DNA of 26,519 bases from Alphaproteobacteria bacterium (GCA_024279735.1 JAJRRF010000087.1:1-26519), one strand, 5' to 3'; positions 9,196 to 18,210 are shown, numbered from the stretch's first letter. Translations and numbers: made by a program. The notes: generated by a model from the sequence alone, not told the origin.

Positions 9196-9397
9196 TGGGA
9201 CAGCAATTTTCTGTGTTTCTTTGTTGTATACTCCCCCAACATCAAAACCCAGATTTTCAGCTGGCTCTTTTGCGTTCTGAAGTCGTTCCGCCCTTCTTCC
9301 AATGTTAAGGCATTGCAGCGAAGAACGCGCCTATCCAGATCACGAAATTTCTCACCTGAAAAAACTGGGTTTTCACGTCGTATGAGTATAGCCTGGA

Positions 9398-10483
9398 TCA
9401 GGTAGCAGCTTTGGGCATAAGAATATGGTCGCCCTCCTTAAGGCCTGAAAGAACCTCAACCTCATCCTTGTTGCTATTCTTTTCAGTTATGACTGCACTG
9501 CCAAGCTGGATAATAATGTCCATTGGCTTGTGGCCAGAGCGTTCCAGCCTGACATAATCCAGGCCATAACGTTTAAATGTATAGCTTTTGGGGATGACTA
9601 TTGTTTTGCGTCTTTCAGCGGTAATACGAACCAATGTGCGCTCACCGACAAAATAGTTTCCTGGCTGGTCAATCTTGACATCTGCTATCAGGCGGCCATC
9701 CTTCAGCTCAGGATAAATCTGGATAATGGTTCCCGTACCAACTGATTTTTCATCAGGGTCAAGACCGCGCGCACCAACAACCACCTTGTCACCAAGCTTG
9801 ATGAAACGGGCATGGCGTTCTGGCAATTGCAGCCTGAGGATATAGTTGTTGGCAGCTATGCTGACCAGGCTTTCACCAGGCATCACAACACTGCCCTTGG
9901 TGACAGAAACCTTTAGGACACGTCCGTCTGAAGGTGCTAGGACATCACCCTGCTTCATCTGTTCAACAAGTACAGCACGTTCAGCCTGTGCTGATTTCAG
10001 GTTGTCCAGGTTGACGTTATAGGTCGTCTTGAGTTCGTCAAGCCGTGAAGTGGTGATGACACCGCTTCTCTTGAGCTTGCGTCCCCGTCCCAAATCTTTC
10101 TTGGATTTCTGCATCAAGGCTTTTCTGGCTCGGATCTTGGCATCCAAAGAGGCCATTTTCAGCCTGATTTTTTTGTCAACAATACGAGCAACCAGGTCGC
10201 CTCGCTTGACCCGTGAGCCCTCATCAACATTCAGGCTGACAAGTGTGCCTGAAATTCTGGCGCGTGCCTCATTCTTGTCAGAGCTGCGAGCCGTGGCAAA
10301 GACGGCCTTGCTGTCAGTGATGGTCTGCCTGACAACAGGAAGTCCCGTAAGCTGGATGGATTCCTGAACCTGTTCTGTCTTGACGGGCGCTGCAACGGAA
10401 GTGTTGGCGGAAAAGGCAGCGAGTCCTGTAAAGACTGCGAGAGAGCTTTTTTGTAGCCAATGTCCTGAACGGTTTACCATCAT
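9398..10483 (-). CDS. efflux RND transporter periplasmic adaptor (HlyD/membrane fusion protein family) with signal peptide
   Basis: N-terminal signal/anchor sequence. Lipoyl, beta-barrel and coiled-coil hairpin layout typical of membrane fusion proteins. Lies upstream of the RND gene on the same strand. Confidence 0.9.
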   Translation of the reverse strand: MMVNRSGHWLQKSSLAVFTGLAAFSANTSVAAPVKTEQVQESIQLTGLPVVRQTITDSKAVFATARSSDKNEARARISGTLVSLNVDEGSRVKRGDLVARIVDKKIRLKMASLDAKIRARKALMQKSKKDLGRGRKLKRSGVITTSRLDELKTTYNVNLDNLKSAQAERAVLVEQMKQGDVLAPSDGRVLKVSVTKGSVVMPGESLVSIAANNYILRLQLPERHARFIKLGDKVVVGARGLDPDEKSVGTGTIIQIYPELKDGRLIADVKIDQPGNYFVGERTLVRITAERRKTIVIPKSYTFKRYGLDYVRLERSGHKPMDIIIQLGSAVITEKNSNKDEVEVLSGLKEGDHILMPKAAT

Positions 10484-10545
10484 AACAATGTCCTTATATT
10501 CTGCTTATTTGCCTTGATGTGATTACCGAGGGCAGGGCAGACGAG

Positions 10546-10600
10546 ATAATATATGAATATTACGTATTAATATATTCGACTTGTTGAATATGCATGATCT
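10546..10600. promoter_or_regulatory. AT-rich cluster of palindromes and direct repeats (AATATatgaATATT, TACGTA, TGAATAT x2) upstream of the MFP-RND operon. Candidate operator or promoter.
   Basis: Lies 60-120 bp upstream of the MFP start on the minus strand. The symmetry was read directly. Confidence 0.35.
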
Positions 10601-10669
10601 TTACGCTCTTGACAAGTTTACTAGGTATTCTTCGCTTATGACTGGTTAAGAAGTTGTGAAAGGTTAGCA

Positions 10670-11680
10670 CTATACTTTAAATTGTAGCCTTAAAAAGGCA
10701 GCTATGTCCTGGCGGGCGGCGCGGTGTGCTTTACGCAAAAGTCGGCCCATGCCCATAAAGCCGTGGATAGTACCTTCATAGTCGAGATATTCAACAGGTA
10801 CGCCAGACTGTTCCATTTTTTTGCCATAGGACAGAGCCTCGTCCTTCAGGGGGTCAAGGCCAGCAGTCATGATCAGGGTAGGGATTTGGGCATAGTTGTC
10901 ATATTTCATGGGATGGGCACGTTTGTCATGAAGCGGCCAAGTTTCCCCAAAGTAATGGTTAAAGAACCATTCCAGGGTGTCAGCGGGAACAGGGAACATG
11001 TCGGACAAGCTTTTGCGGGAGAGGCTGCTTCCTGTGACATCTATTGCCGGATAGATCAGGAGTTGGGCACAGGGCATGGTCTTGACCTTGCCAAGGCATT
11101 CTTGAACAGTTGCAGTCATGATCCCAGCCCCAGCACTGTCTCCAGTCACTGCAATACGGGCAGGGTCAATCCCCAGTTCCTCTGTGTTTTCGATAAGCCA
11201 GCGAAAGGCAGAGATACCGTCCTCAATCGGAGCCGGGAAGGTATGTTCGGGGGCAAGGCGGTAGCCTACAGAAATAACAATGGCCTGTGTGTCTGCGCAA
11301 AGCGCGGCGCAAAGCGGTTCGTGGGTGTCCAGATCGCCAAAAACGCAGCCGCCGCCGTGACAAAACAATATTGCAGGGTATTTTAGACCCTTCTGTTGAT
11401 CCTGGGGGCGGTAAATGCGAAGGGGCAGCTCGCCACCCTGTCCCCTTATGGTAATATTCTCTATTGAGGCAACCTCTGGCGCGGGAATATCTGTTTTGGC
11501 AAGAGATTTCTTGTAGTTTTCGCGGGCTGTCTGGGGGGTGAGTGAGGAGACAGGCTGGCTTTTGGCCGCAGAGAACCAGTGCAGCAAGGCTTTTGTCTCC
11601 CCGTCCGTAAAGGCTGCCGGCAGGGGCGTTTTTGAAGTTTTTTGAGTTTCGGTGTCAATGTTTTCCATAATGTAAGTCAA
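10670..11680 (-). CDS. alpha/beta hydrolase, esterase/lipase of the hormone-sensitive-lipase (Aes) family
   Basis: HGGG oxyanion motif (FCHGGGCVFG), GDSAGAG nucleophile elbow, and a downstream conserved Asp and His. Confidence 0.88.
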   Translation of the reverse strand: MTYIMENIDTETQKTSKTPLPAAFTDGETKALLHWFSAAKSQPVSSLTPQTARENYKKSLAKTDIPAPEVASIENITIRGQGGELPLRIYRPQDQQKGLKYPAILFCHGGGCVFGDLDTHEPLCAALCADTQAIVISVGYRLAPEHTFPAPIEDGISAFRWLIENTEELGIDPARIAVTGDSAGAGIMTATVQECLGKVKTMPCAQLLIYPAIDVTGSSLSRKSLSDMFPVPADTLEWFFNHYFGETWPLHDKRAHPMKYDNYAQIPTLIMTAGLDPLKDEALSYGKKMEQSGVPVEYLDYEGTIHGFMGMGRLLRKAHRAARQDIAAFLRLQFKV

Positions 11681-11759
11681 TATAAGGTATGTCCTGATGA
11701 AAACAAGCCTAAATAATTTGGGTTTTTGTTGCAGCCATGCCGAATGGCAAGGCTTTATC

Positions 11760-11787
11760 TTGACACTTGGGAAAGTAGGCTTATAAG
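11760..11787 (+). promoter_or_regulatory. sigma70-like promoter TTGACA-16-TATAAG for the atp (F0) operon
   Basis: Near-consensus hexamers about 40 nt upstream of the atpI ATG at 11828. It lies inside the over-extended ORF-track frame. Confidence 0.55.
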
Positions 11788-11827
11788 CTTTAGCGATGTT
11801 TTCATAAGGATCGGCAGGGGATTGGTT

Positions 11828-12232
11828 ATGACAGGGCAGGGTAAAAAAGAGACTGGTCAGGACGAAAGGTCTCTTAAGGATATAGAAAGCCGTCTTGGTC
11901 AGTTGGGTGAAAAGCTGGACAAGGTGCGTGACGAAAATAGCCTGAGTGAAAATGCAACGAGGTCAATTGCGAGAAGCCATAACCAGATGGGGACAGCTTT
12001 CCGAATTACATCGGAGCTTGTGGGTCCTGTTCTGGTCAGTACCTTTATTGGGTATTGGCTGGACCAGTATTTTGCCACCAAGCCTGTGCTGATGATATTG
12101 TTCTTTGTCCTTGGGGTCGTGACTGGTTTTGTCAATGTTGTGCGCGCCGCCAAGAAAATGCAGCAGGAAACGATTGATTCAGGAGCCTATAAAGAGGCAA
12201 AGGATATGCCTTTTGATGACGATGATGATTAA
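11828..12232 (+). CDS. atpI: ATP synthase protein I (AtpI/ATPase_gene1 family), two TM helices and an acidic C-terminal tail. The start was reassigned from the ORF-track TTG at 11726.
   Basis: Directly upstream of atpB. The TM pair FRITSELVGPVLVSTFIGYWLDQYF...LMILFFVLGVVTGF fits the family. The promoter lies inside the longer frame. Confidence 0.75.
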   Translation: MTGQGKKETGQDERSLKDIESRLGQLGEKLDKVRDENSLSENATRSIARSHNQMGTAFRITSELVGPVLVSTFIGYWLDQYFATKPVLMILFFVLGVVTGFVNVVRAAKKMQQETIDSGAYKEAKDMPFDDDDD

Positions 12233-12318
12233 TCTGTAAATTAGCATTAATGGCTGTTGATATTTGCTTTTTGTTAAGGTAAACACAGCCTTGAAATTTA
12301 ACGCAACGGGGAAAATCC

Positions 12319-13098
12319 ATGGCAGCGGAAACGCAGATTGAGCAGGCAGGTGGTTCTGGGCCTAACCCAATGGCACAATTTGAGGTCAAACGTATCTTTG
12401 ACATTGACCTCATGGGGTATGATGCGTCCTTTACCAATTCTTCCCTGTTTATGATTCTGGGGGTCGTTCTTACGAGTACCTTCTTGATTTTTGCCATGCG
12501 CAAAAAGTCTATGATTCCTGGCCGGCTTCAGTCGATTGCGGAGTTAAGCTATAACTTTATCTATGATATGGTGCTGAGTGCGATTGGGCCGAAGGGTATT
12601 AAATACTTTCCTTTTGTATTTACCCTGTTTTTGTTCATCCTCGCCATGAACATGCTTGGCATGTTTACGCTGCCGCTTGGGCATTTGTCCTTTACAGTGA
12701 CCAGTCACATCATTGTCACCTTTGCCATTGCCATGGCAATCTTTCTGGGTGTCACTGTGATTGGTTTTAAAAATCATGGTTTCGGATTTTTGAAACTGTT
12801 TGTGCCGTCCGGTGTGCCTGCCTTGCTGTTGCCCCTGATTATTGTGATTGAGATCATTTCCTACTTGTCCCGGCCAATCAGCTTGTCTGTCCGCCTGTTT
12901 GCCAATATGATGGTCGGGCATACACTTCTGAAGGTGCTTGGCAGTTTTGTTGCTGCTTTGGGGGTTGCTGGCATTGGCCCTCTTTTACTTATGATTCCGT
13001 TCACGGGACTGGAAATCTTGGTTGCCTTTTTGCAGGCTTTTGTTTTTGCTGTCCTGACCTGTATTTATTTGAATGATGCTATTAACTTGCATCACTAA
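12319..13098 (+). CDS. atpB: F0F1 ATP synthase subunit a
   Basis: Conserved essential Arg region (SLSVRLFANMMVGH) and five TM helices. Confidence 0.93.
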   Translation: MAAETQIEQAGGSGPNPMAQFEVKRIFDIDLMGYDASFTNSSLFMILGVVLTSTFLIFAMRKKSMIPGRLQSIAELSYNFIYDMVLSAIGPKGIKYFPFVFTLFLFILAMNMLGMFTLPLGHLSFTVTSHIIVTFAIAMAIFLGVTVIGFKNHGFGFLKLFVPSGVPALLLPLIIVIEIISYLSRPISLSVRLFANMMVGHTLLKVLGSFVAALGVAGIGPLLLMIPFTGLEILVAFLQAFVFAVLTCIYLNDAINLHH

Positions 13099-13187
13099 AC
13101 GGATTAACCCCTGGATGCCCTGTTTTTAAATATAAAGGGTTTGCAGTGAATTGAAACTAATTTTAAAACGTCTAAATGGAGAAGAAT

Positions 13188-13412
13188 ATGGATGTTGAAG
13201 CTGCTAAAATGATTGGTGCCGGATTGGCTTCAATCGCGCTTGTCGGTGCCGGTATTGGTATTGGTAATATTTTTGGATCTTACCTTTCTGGTGCATTGCG
13301 CAATCCTTCAGCTGCAAAAGCCCAGTTTTCCAACCTTTTGCTCGGTTTTGCCCTTGCAGAAGCAACTGGGTTGTTTGGTCTGGGTGTCGCATTCCTTATC
13401 CTATATTCATAG
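13188..13412 (+). CDS. atpE: F0F1 ATP synthase subunit c (start moved to the ATG with SD GGAGAAG)
   Basis: Hairpin proteolipid GAGIGIGNIFG...ALAEATGLFGLGVAFLIL carrying the conserved carboxylate E. Confidence 0.93.
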   Translation: MDVEAAKMIGAGLASIALVGAGIGIGNIFGSYLSGALRNPSAAKAQFSNLLLGFALAEATGLFGLGVAFLILYS

Positions 13413-13477
13413 GGTCTTGATGGGGCGAAAATCCAGTTTGGATGCGCGCCTAATGTTCGCTGAAACATAACAATGAG

Positions 13478-13501
13478 CCTGGGCAGGTCTGTCCAGGTTT
13501 T
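13478..13501 (+). terminator. GC-rich stem-loop (CCTGGGCAG..CTGTCCAGG) plus T4 after atpE. Candidate partial terminator or attenuator.
   Basis: Read directly from the sequence. Confidence 0.35.
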
Positions 13502-13541
13502 GGAACTGTTTTGTTAGTTTTCTTTTGGAAAGCATAGTCTT

Positions 13542-14027
13542 ATGCCACAGCTCAATCCCGAATTTTTTGCGCCCCAGTTGATCTGGCTGGCTCTGACCTT
13601 TATTGTGTTCTATTTCATAATGTCTCGTAAGATTGTGCCTCTCATTGGCAATGTCATTGAAAAGCGTGAGGAACGGATCAGTTCAGATCTTAAGAAGGCT
13701 GAAACGCTGAAGAAGGATTTGAGTGAAGCAATTGCCAGTTATGAACAGGCGATTGCGGAGGCCAGAAGCAAGGCGTATGATATTGTTCAGGCAAACCAAA
13801 AGAAGCTTTCTGCTGAAGTGGAGGCCGAACAAAAGCTTGTTGAGGATCAGATAGACCAAAAGACCAAAGATTCAGAGCAGCGGATTGCTGCTGCCAGGGA
13901 TACAGCACTGGCACAGATTAATGATATTGCGGTTGGTACGACCGAAGAAATATTACAGTCTCTGACAGGGTCAAAGCCTTCTGGAGATAAGGTTTTGGAT
14001 GCGATTTCTTCGGTATCTTCATCTTAG
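13542..14027 (+). CDS. atpF2: F0F1 ATP synthase subunit b'
   Basis: Single N-terminal TM followed by a long charged coiled coil. Its position between c and b is typical of alphaproteobacteria. Confidence 0.88.
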   Translation: MPQLNPEFFAPQLIWLALTFIVFYFIMSRKIVPLIGNVIEKREERISSDLKKAETLKKDLSEAIASYEQAIAEARSKAYDIVQANQKKLSAEVEAEQKLVEDQIDQKTKDSEQRIAAARDTALAQINDIAVGTTEEILQSLTGSKPSGDKVLDAISSVSSS

Positions 14028-14126
14028 TGCATAGTGCGAGCAAATCGTTACGATTTGCGGGTTATATGCGCCATCATAGGGGCTAGGCAAGGTCAACTGA
14101 CCGAACCTGCTTGCAGGTTGCTCTAG
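14024..14126. repeat. MITE-like dispersed repeat, copy B (about 103 bp), between atpF2 and atpF. Its 5' end overlaps the atpF2 TAG stop codon.
   Basis: Nearly identical to copy C over about 60 bp. The same TIR termini are present. Confidence 0.7.
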
Positions 14127-14198
14127 GTTTGCGGGTCTCTCATAGTTATTTTATAGTGTAGGGACGATAGTTTCTATAAAATGGTAGGAAATGTTTTC

Positions 14199-14711
14199 AT
14201 GACGCTTGCTCTTCATATGTTTGATGGCTGGTCTGACCCTGCAACTTGGGCGGCTATTTCCTTTGTGGGATTTTTGGCGGTTCTGTTCTGGAAAAAAGTG
14301 CCAGCTGCCATTAACACGTCATTGGATCAGCGTGGCCAGTTGATTGAAAAAGAGCTTGAGGAAGCGCGTAAGTTGCGTGTTGAGGCACAGGATATTCTGG
14401 CCGACTATCAGGACCGGCAGAAAAATGCTGCAAATGAGGTTGCCGGTATTGTTGAGCAGGCTCAGCGTGAGGCTGAGAGTGTTGCCGCAGAAACCCGTGA
14501 AAATATGAAAGAGATGTTGGCGCGACGGTTGCAAGCTGCTGAAGACCGGATTGTTCAGGCGGAGCACCAGGCTGCCAATGAAATTCGTTCGATTGCAGCA
14601 GACCTGTCAGTGGCAGCAGCTGAAAAGATGATGTCCCAGGAGTTGGCTGGCAGTGTCAATGATACCCTTTTTAAGGATACATTGACTGACCTGAAAAGCA
14701 GGTTTAACTAA
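14199..14711 (+). CDS. atpF: F0F1 ATP synthase subunit b (start placed at the ATG with SD AGGAAA; the ORF-track start is 14181)
   Basis: N-terminal TM followed by a coiled coil. Last gene of the F0 cluster. Confidence 0.88.
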   Translation: MTLALHMFDGWSDPATWAAISFVGFLAVLFWKKVPAAINTSLDQRGQLIEKELEEARKLRVEAQDILADYQDRQKNAANEVAGIVEQAQREAESVAAETRENMKEMLARRLQAAEDRIVQAEHQAANEIRSIAADLSVAAAEKMMSQELAGSVNDTLFKDTLTDLKSRFN

Positions 14712-14968
14712 AGTTTTTCTTTGGGGTGATGTTCTCAGCCAGGATGATGAAATTTAGATTGATTGGGGCTGGGTTTCAATATTTTTGGTTTTGGAAGATT
14801 TAGGCTATCGACAAATAATTAGTTTTGTTGTAAGAGCTTTAGAGAATCTTCTTAAAAATTTATTTTTTAAAAATGTGCAGGCGCACATGCAACTGTTGTT
14901 GGTATCATTAAGGTTTTCCGTTTGGATGGGAAAACTGTGCAGCCGCCGAATTGATGAAAGCATGAGAG

Positions 14969-15382
14969 ATGAATATTATACAGCAGCTTGAAAAAGAACA
15001 GGCTGACAGGCTTGAAGCCATTAGGCCAATCCCAGAATTTTCCCCAGGTGATACATTACGTGTGATTGTGAAGATCCATGAGGTGAAGGCTGCCAAAAAA
15101 GGGAAGAAGCCGGATGCTAAAGCGAAGGCCTATAGAACCCAGGCTTATGAAGGGGTCTGTATTGCCCGTAGTGGTGGCGGCATCAATGAAAGTTTTACAG
15201 TGCGTAAAATTTCTTATGGTGAAGGCGTTGAACGTGTCTTCCCAGTCTATTCTCCAAATATTGAAGAAATTGAAGTGTTGCGCCGTGGCCGTGTCCGGCG
15301 TGCAAAACTCTATTATCTTCGTGGCTTGCGTGGTAAGGCTGCCCGTATTGCAGAGAAAAAAGATCATACCAGAAATAAGTAA
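14969..15382 (+). CDS. rplS: 50S ribosomal protein L19
   Basis: Conserved L19 core (FSPGDTLRV...[36 protein letters not shown]). Confidence 0.93.
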   Translation: MNIIQQLEKEQADRLEAIRPIPEFSPGDTLRVIVKIHEVKAAKKGKKPDAKAKAYRTQAYEGVCIARSGGGINESFTVRKISYGEGVERVFPVYSPNIEEIEVLRRGRVRRAKLYYLRGLRGKAARIAEKKDHTRNK

Positions 15383-15418
15383 AAGACGATTTGGTTTTGC
15401 TCTTTATTGATTTTGAAT

Positions 15419-15461
15419 GCGTCAGCTAAGCCTGTTTTGGCCTGGCTGGCGCATTTTTTTT
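15419..15461 (+). terminator. rho-independent terminator of rplS: 14-bp stem (GCGTCAGCTAAGCC / GGCCTGGCTGGCGC) plus T8
   Basis: Read directly from the sequence. Confidence 0.7.
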
Positions 15462-15492
15462 GAACAGTTTTTGGATACAAGGTGAGGTAGTC

Positions 15493-16890
15493 ATGGCAAG
15501 AACACTCTATGATAAAATTTGGGATGACCATGTTGTTCATGAGCAGGAAGATGGTACGTGCCTGCTTTATATAGACCGTCACCTGGTTCATGAAGTGACA
15601 AGCCCACAGGCATTTGAGGGCTTGCGGATGACAGGGCGGGCAATGCGGTGTCCCCAAAGGACGCTGGCTGTCCCTGACCATAATGTGCCAACCAGGGGGC
15701 GCGAACACGGCATTGAAGATGACGAGTCGCGGTTGCAGGTTGAGACCCTGGTCAGCAACTGTAAAGAGTTTGGCATTGAGCTGTTTGACATGGATGACAA
15801 GCGGCAGGGCATTGTCCATATTATCGGTCCGGAGCAGGGCTTTACCTTGCCCGGCACCACCATTGTCTGCGGCGACAGCCACACCTCTACCCACGGGGCG
15901 TTTGGTTCGCTGGCGCATGGCATTGGGACATCTGAGGTTGAGCATGTCTTAGCAACGCAGACCCTGATCCAGAAAAAGGCCAAAAACATGCGTGTTGTGG
16001 TCAACGGCAAAATCCCTGAGTATATTTCTGCCAAGGATATCGTACTGGCCATTATTGGCGAGATCGGGACAGCTGGCGGCACAGGCCATGTGATAGAGTT
16101 TGCAGGCGAAGCGATTGAGGCCTTGTCGATGGAAGGTCGCATGACCGTCTGTAACATGACGATTGAGGGCGGGGCGCGGGCTGGCCTGATTGCCCCTGAC
16201 CAGACAACAATAGATTATTTTAAAGACCGTCCTATGTCCCCTAGCGGGGAGCAGTGGGACGAGGCTGTTGCTTATTGGCAAAGCCTGTTTACTGATGACG
16301 GCGCGCATTTTGACAAGGAAATTGTGCTTGAGGCAGATGAGTTGCCGCCTGTCCTGACCTGGGGTACTAGCCCAGAAGATGTCAGCGTCATTAGCGGGGT
16401 TGTCCCCGATCCTGCTGACTTTGAGGGAGATGCCAGGCAACAGTCTGTACAACGCGCTTTGGACTATATGGGGCTGACGGCAGGCACTAAAATGACTGAC
16501 ATTAGCATTGACCGCATGTTTATCGGTTCATGTACCAATGGCCGCATTGAGGATATGCGCGAGGCGGCAGCTATCATCAAGGGTCGTCATGTCCATGAAA
16601 ATGTCCAGGCCATGATTGTGCCAGGTTCTGGCCTGGTCAAGGAGCAGGCCGAGGCGGAGGGGCTGGACAAGATTTTTACCCAGGCCGGCTTTGACTGGCG
16701 TGATCCAGGCTGTTCAATGTGCCTGGCCATGAATGCTGATAAACTTGAGCCTGGCGAACGCTGCGCCTCAACCTCAAACCGTAATTTTGAAGGCCGTCAG
16801 GGCAGGGGAGGCCGCACCCACCTGGTATCCCCCGCCATGGCCGCCGCCGCCGCCATTGCCGGCCACTTCGTAGACATCCGCGTGTTTTAA
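15493..16890 (+). CDS. leuC: 3-isopropylmalate dehydratase large subunit
   Basis: Aconitase-family motifs ([49 protein letters not shown]). SD GGTGAGG upstream of the ATG at 15493. Confidence 0.95.
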   Translation: MARTLYDKIWDDHVVHEQEDGTCLLYIDRHLVHEVTSPQAFEGLRMTGRAMRCPQRTLAVPDHNVPTRGREHGIEDDESRLQVETLVSNCKEFGIELFDMDDKRQGIVHIIGPEQGFTLPGTTIVCGDSHTSTHGAFGSLAHGIGTSEVEHVLATQTLIQKKAKNMRVVVNGKIPEYISAKDIVLAIIGEIGTAGGTGHVIEFAGEAIEALSMEGRMTVCNMTIEGGARAGLIAPDQTTIDYFKDRPMSPSGEQWDEAVAYWQSLFTDDGAHFDKEIVLEADELPPVLTWGTSPEDVSVISGVVPDPADFEGDARQQSVQRALDYMGLTAGTKMTDISIDRMFIGSCTNGRIEDMREAAAIIKGRHVHENVQAMIVPGSGLVKEQAEAEGLDKIFTQAGFDWRDPGCSMCLAMNADKLEPGERCASTSNRNFEGRQGRGGRTHLVSPAMAAAAAIAGHFVDIRVF

Positions 16891-16921
16891 GGCAGGGTTG
16901 GCCTTTGGTATCTCTCTTTCA

Positions 16922-17041
16922 TTCCCAAGCTCTGGCTTGGGAACGGGGAAATGTTGGTCAACAGTTGTACTGTTGACCAGAACGTTACAGATAAATGCTG
17001 GCTTAATGTTGTAATGTTCCGTTGAAGAGTTCAACTCTTCA
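16922..17041. repeat. three consecutive palindromes downstream of leuC: TTCCCAAGC-tct-GGCTTGGGAA, GGTCAACAGT-tgt-ACTGTTGACC and TTGAAGAGTT-c-AACTCTTCA
   Basis: Read directly from the sequence. None is followed by a U-tract. Confidence 0.6.
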
Positions 17042-17279
17042 CCGACAAGTAATAAAAATCCTCACTTTACCCATAAACTAAATCACCCTGGTAGAATGGC
17101 CATCAGCGAGGGGACAATTTTGAGATCCCTGCGCCCAGAGCCTTGGTTGAGGTTTGTCGGTCTTGGTGATAAGGTGGGGTGGTAAGTGTGGGTAGGTTGC
17201 TTTGGGAAAGCAGGGCTTCCCTTCGGGGGCATTGTCTAAGCAGTGTTTTGTAACAAGAGAGAAGAAACGAAAGTAAAGT

Positions 17280-18110
17280 ATGGAAATAGCATCAAGAAAA
17301 CCAAAAGTATTTATAGCTTCTTCATTAGAGGGAAGAAGTATTGTTGATGCTATTCACGTTAACATAGAACATGAATGTGAAGTCACTCCTTGGTATCATA
17401 GCTTTACACCTTCTAGTAATACCTTAGATGATTTGATTATATCATCTAGTGCTTCTGATTTTGCTTTGTTTGTGTTTCAACCCGATGATCTCACACTTAT
17501 AAGGAGTAAAGCAGAGCCAATGGTTAGAGATAATGTTCTATTTGAAATGGGAATATTTATCGGGACTCTTGGTCGGGAAAGGGTGTTTCTTCTGAAGCCG
17601 TCTCATGAAACATTATGCTTGCCAACTGACTTAGCTGGTTTGATTTATTTGGGATATGAAGCAAATAGAACTGATCAAAATTTAGAAGCAGCCACTAATC
17701 CCGCCTGCTCTAAAATAAAGAAATGTATAAAAGAAAGAGGGGCTTTGAATTTTGGAAATTTTTCAAAAACCAACAAGCAAAGTGTCAATTTTCCTGAATA
17801 TGAACTTGATGAAATAGATTATATTTTCTTGCAGAAATGTTCTGCTAGCCATACTTCCCATCCTGAAGGGTTAACCTTTGAAAGTCTTTCTTTTTCTATT
17901 AATAATAGGAAGAAAGAAGACGCAATAAGAAAATCAGCTCTTAAACTTCACAGAATGAAATGTATTGATCTTAGTATAGAAGTAGAAGACTTCGATATAA
18001 ATGATCCGCCAAGACAAGAGTATTACTATACCATCACAGAAATAGGGATTGATCTATTGTTAAAACACGATTTTTCAAAAAAGACTTTTGACGATGAGAT
18101 TCCATTCTGA
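17280..18110 (+). CDS. TIR-like domain protein (COG4271/PF10137-type 'predicted nucleotide-binding protein containing TIR-like domain') fused to a C-terminal winged-helix-like domain. It is AT-rich and likely horizontally acquired.
   Basis: Motifs KVFIASS, ALFVFQPDD, RDNVLFEMGIFIGTLGRERVFLLKP and PTDLAGLIYL. The first 120 nt are about 33% GC. Confidence 0.8.
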   Translation: MEIASRKPKVFIASSLEGRSIVDAIHVNIEHECEVTPWYHSFTPSSNTLDDLIISSSASDFALFVFQPDDLTLIRSKAEPMVRDNVLFEMGIFIGTLGRERVFLLKPSHETLCLPTDLAGLIYLGYEANRTDQNLEAATNPACSKIKKCIKERGALNFGNFSKTNKQSVNFPEYELDEIDYIFLQKCSASHTSHPEGLTFESLSFSINNRKKEDAIRKSALKLHRMKCIDLSIEVEDFDINDPPRQEYYYTITEIGIDLLLKHDFSKKTFDDEIPF

Positions 18111-18187
18111 TGATGTTGGTCAGGGGCTCTGTCCTATGGGGAATCTCATTCACACAACTATTAAAAAGTGAGTACGGATTCTGTAGG

Positions 18188-18210
18188 GGGGCATCCGTGT
18201 ATGCCCCTTC
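18188..18210 (+). terminator. hairpin GGGGCAT-ccgtgt-ATGCCCC plus TTC, downstream of the TIR-like gene
   Basis: Read directly from the sequence. Confidence 0.4.

Noticed and set aside
9069-9302. 77-aa minus-strand ORF in the MFP-RND spacer
   Set aside because: No SD and an odd composition. It was considered as an explanation for the long spacer, but it is unconvincing.
10724-11386. 220-aa plus-strand ORF inside the esterase gene
   Set aside because: Antisense to a CDS with clear HGGG/GDSAG motifs.
14785-14991. 68-aa ORF upstream of and overlapping the rplS start
   Set aside because: It lies in the AT-rich rplS leader and overlaps the rplS start. It has no SD and a non-protein-like composition.
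17101-17211. 36-aa ORF (MAISEGTILRSLRPEPWLRFVGLGDKVGW) upstream of the TIR-like gene
   Set aside because: Weak SD, very short, and embedded in hairpin-rich DNA. More likely noncoding.
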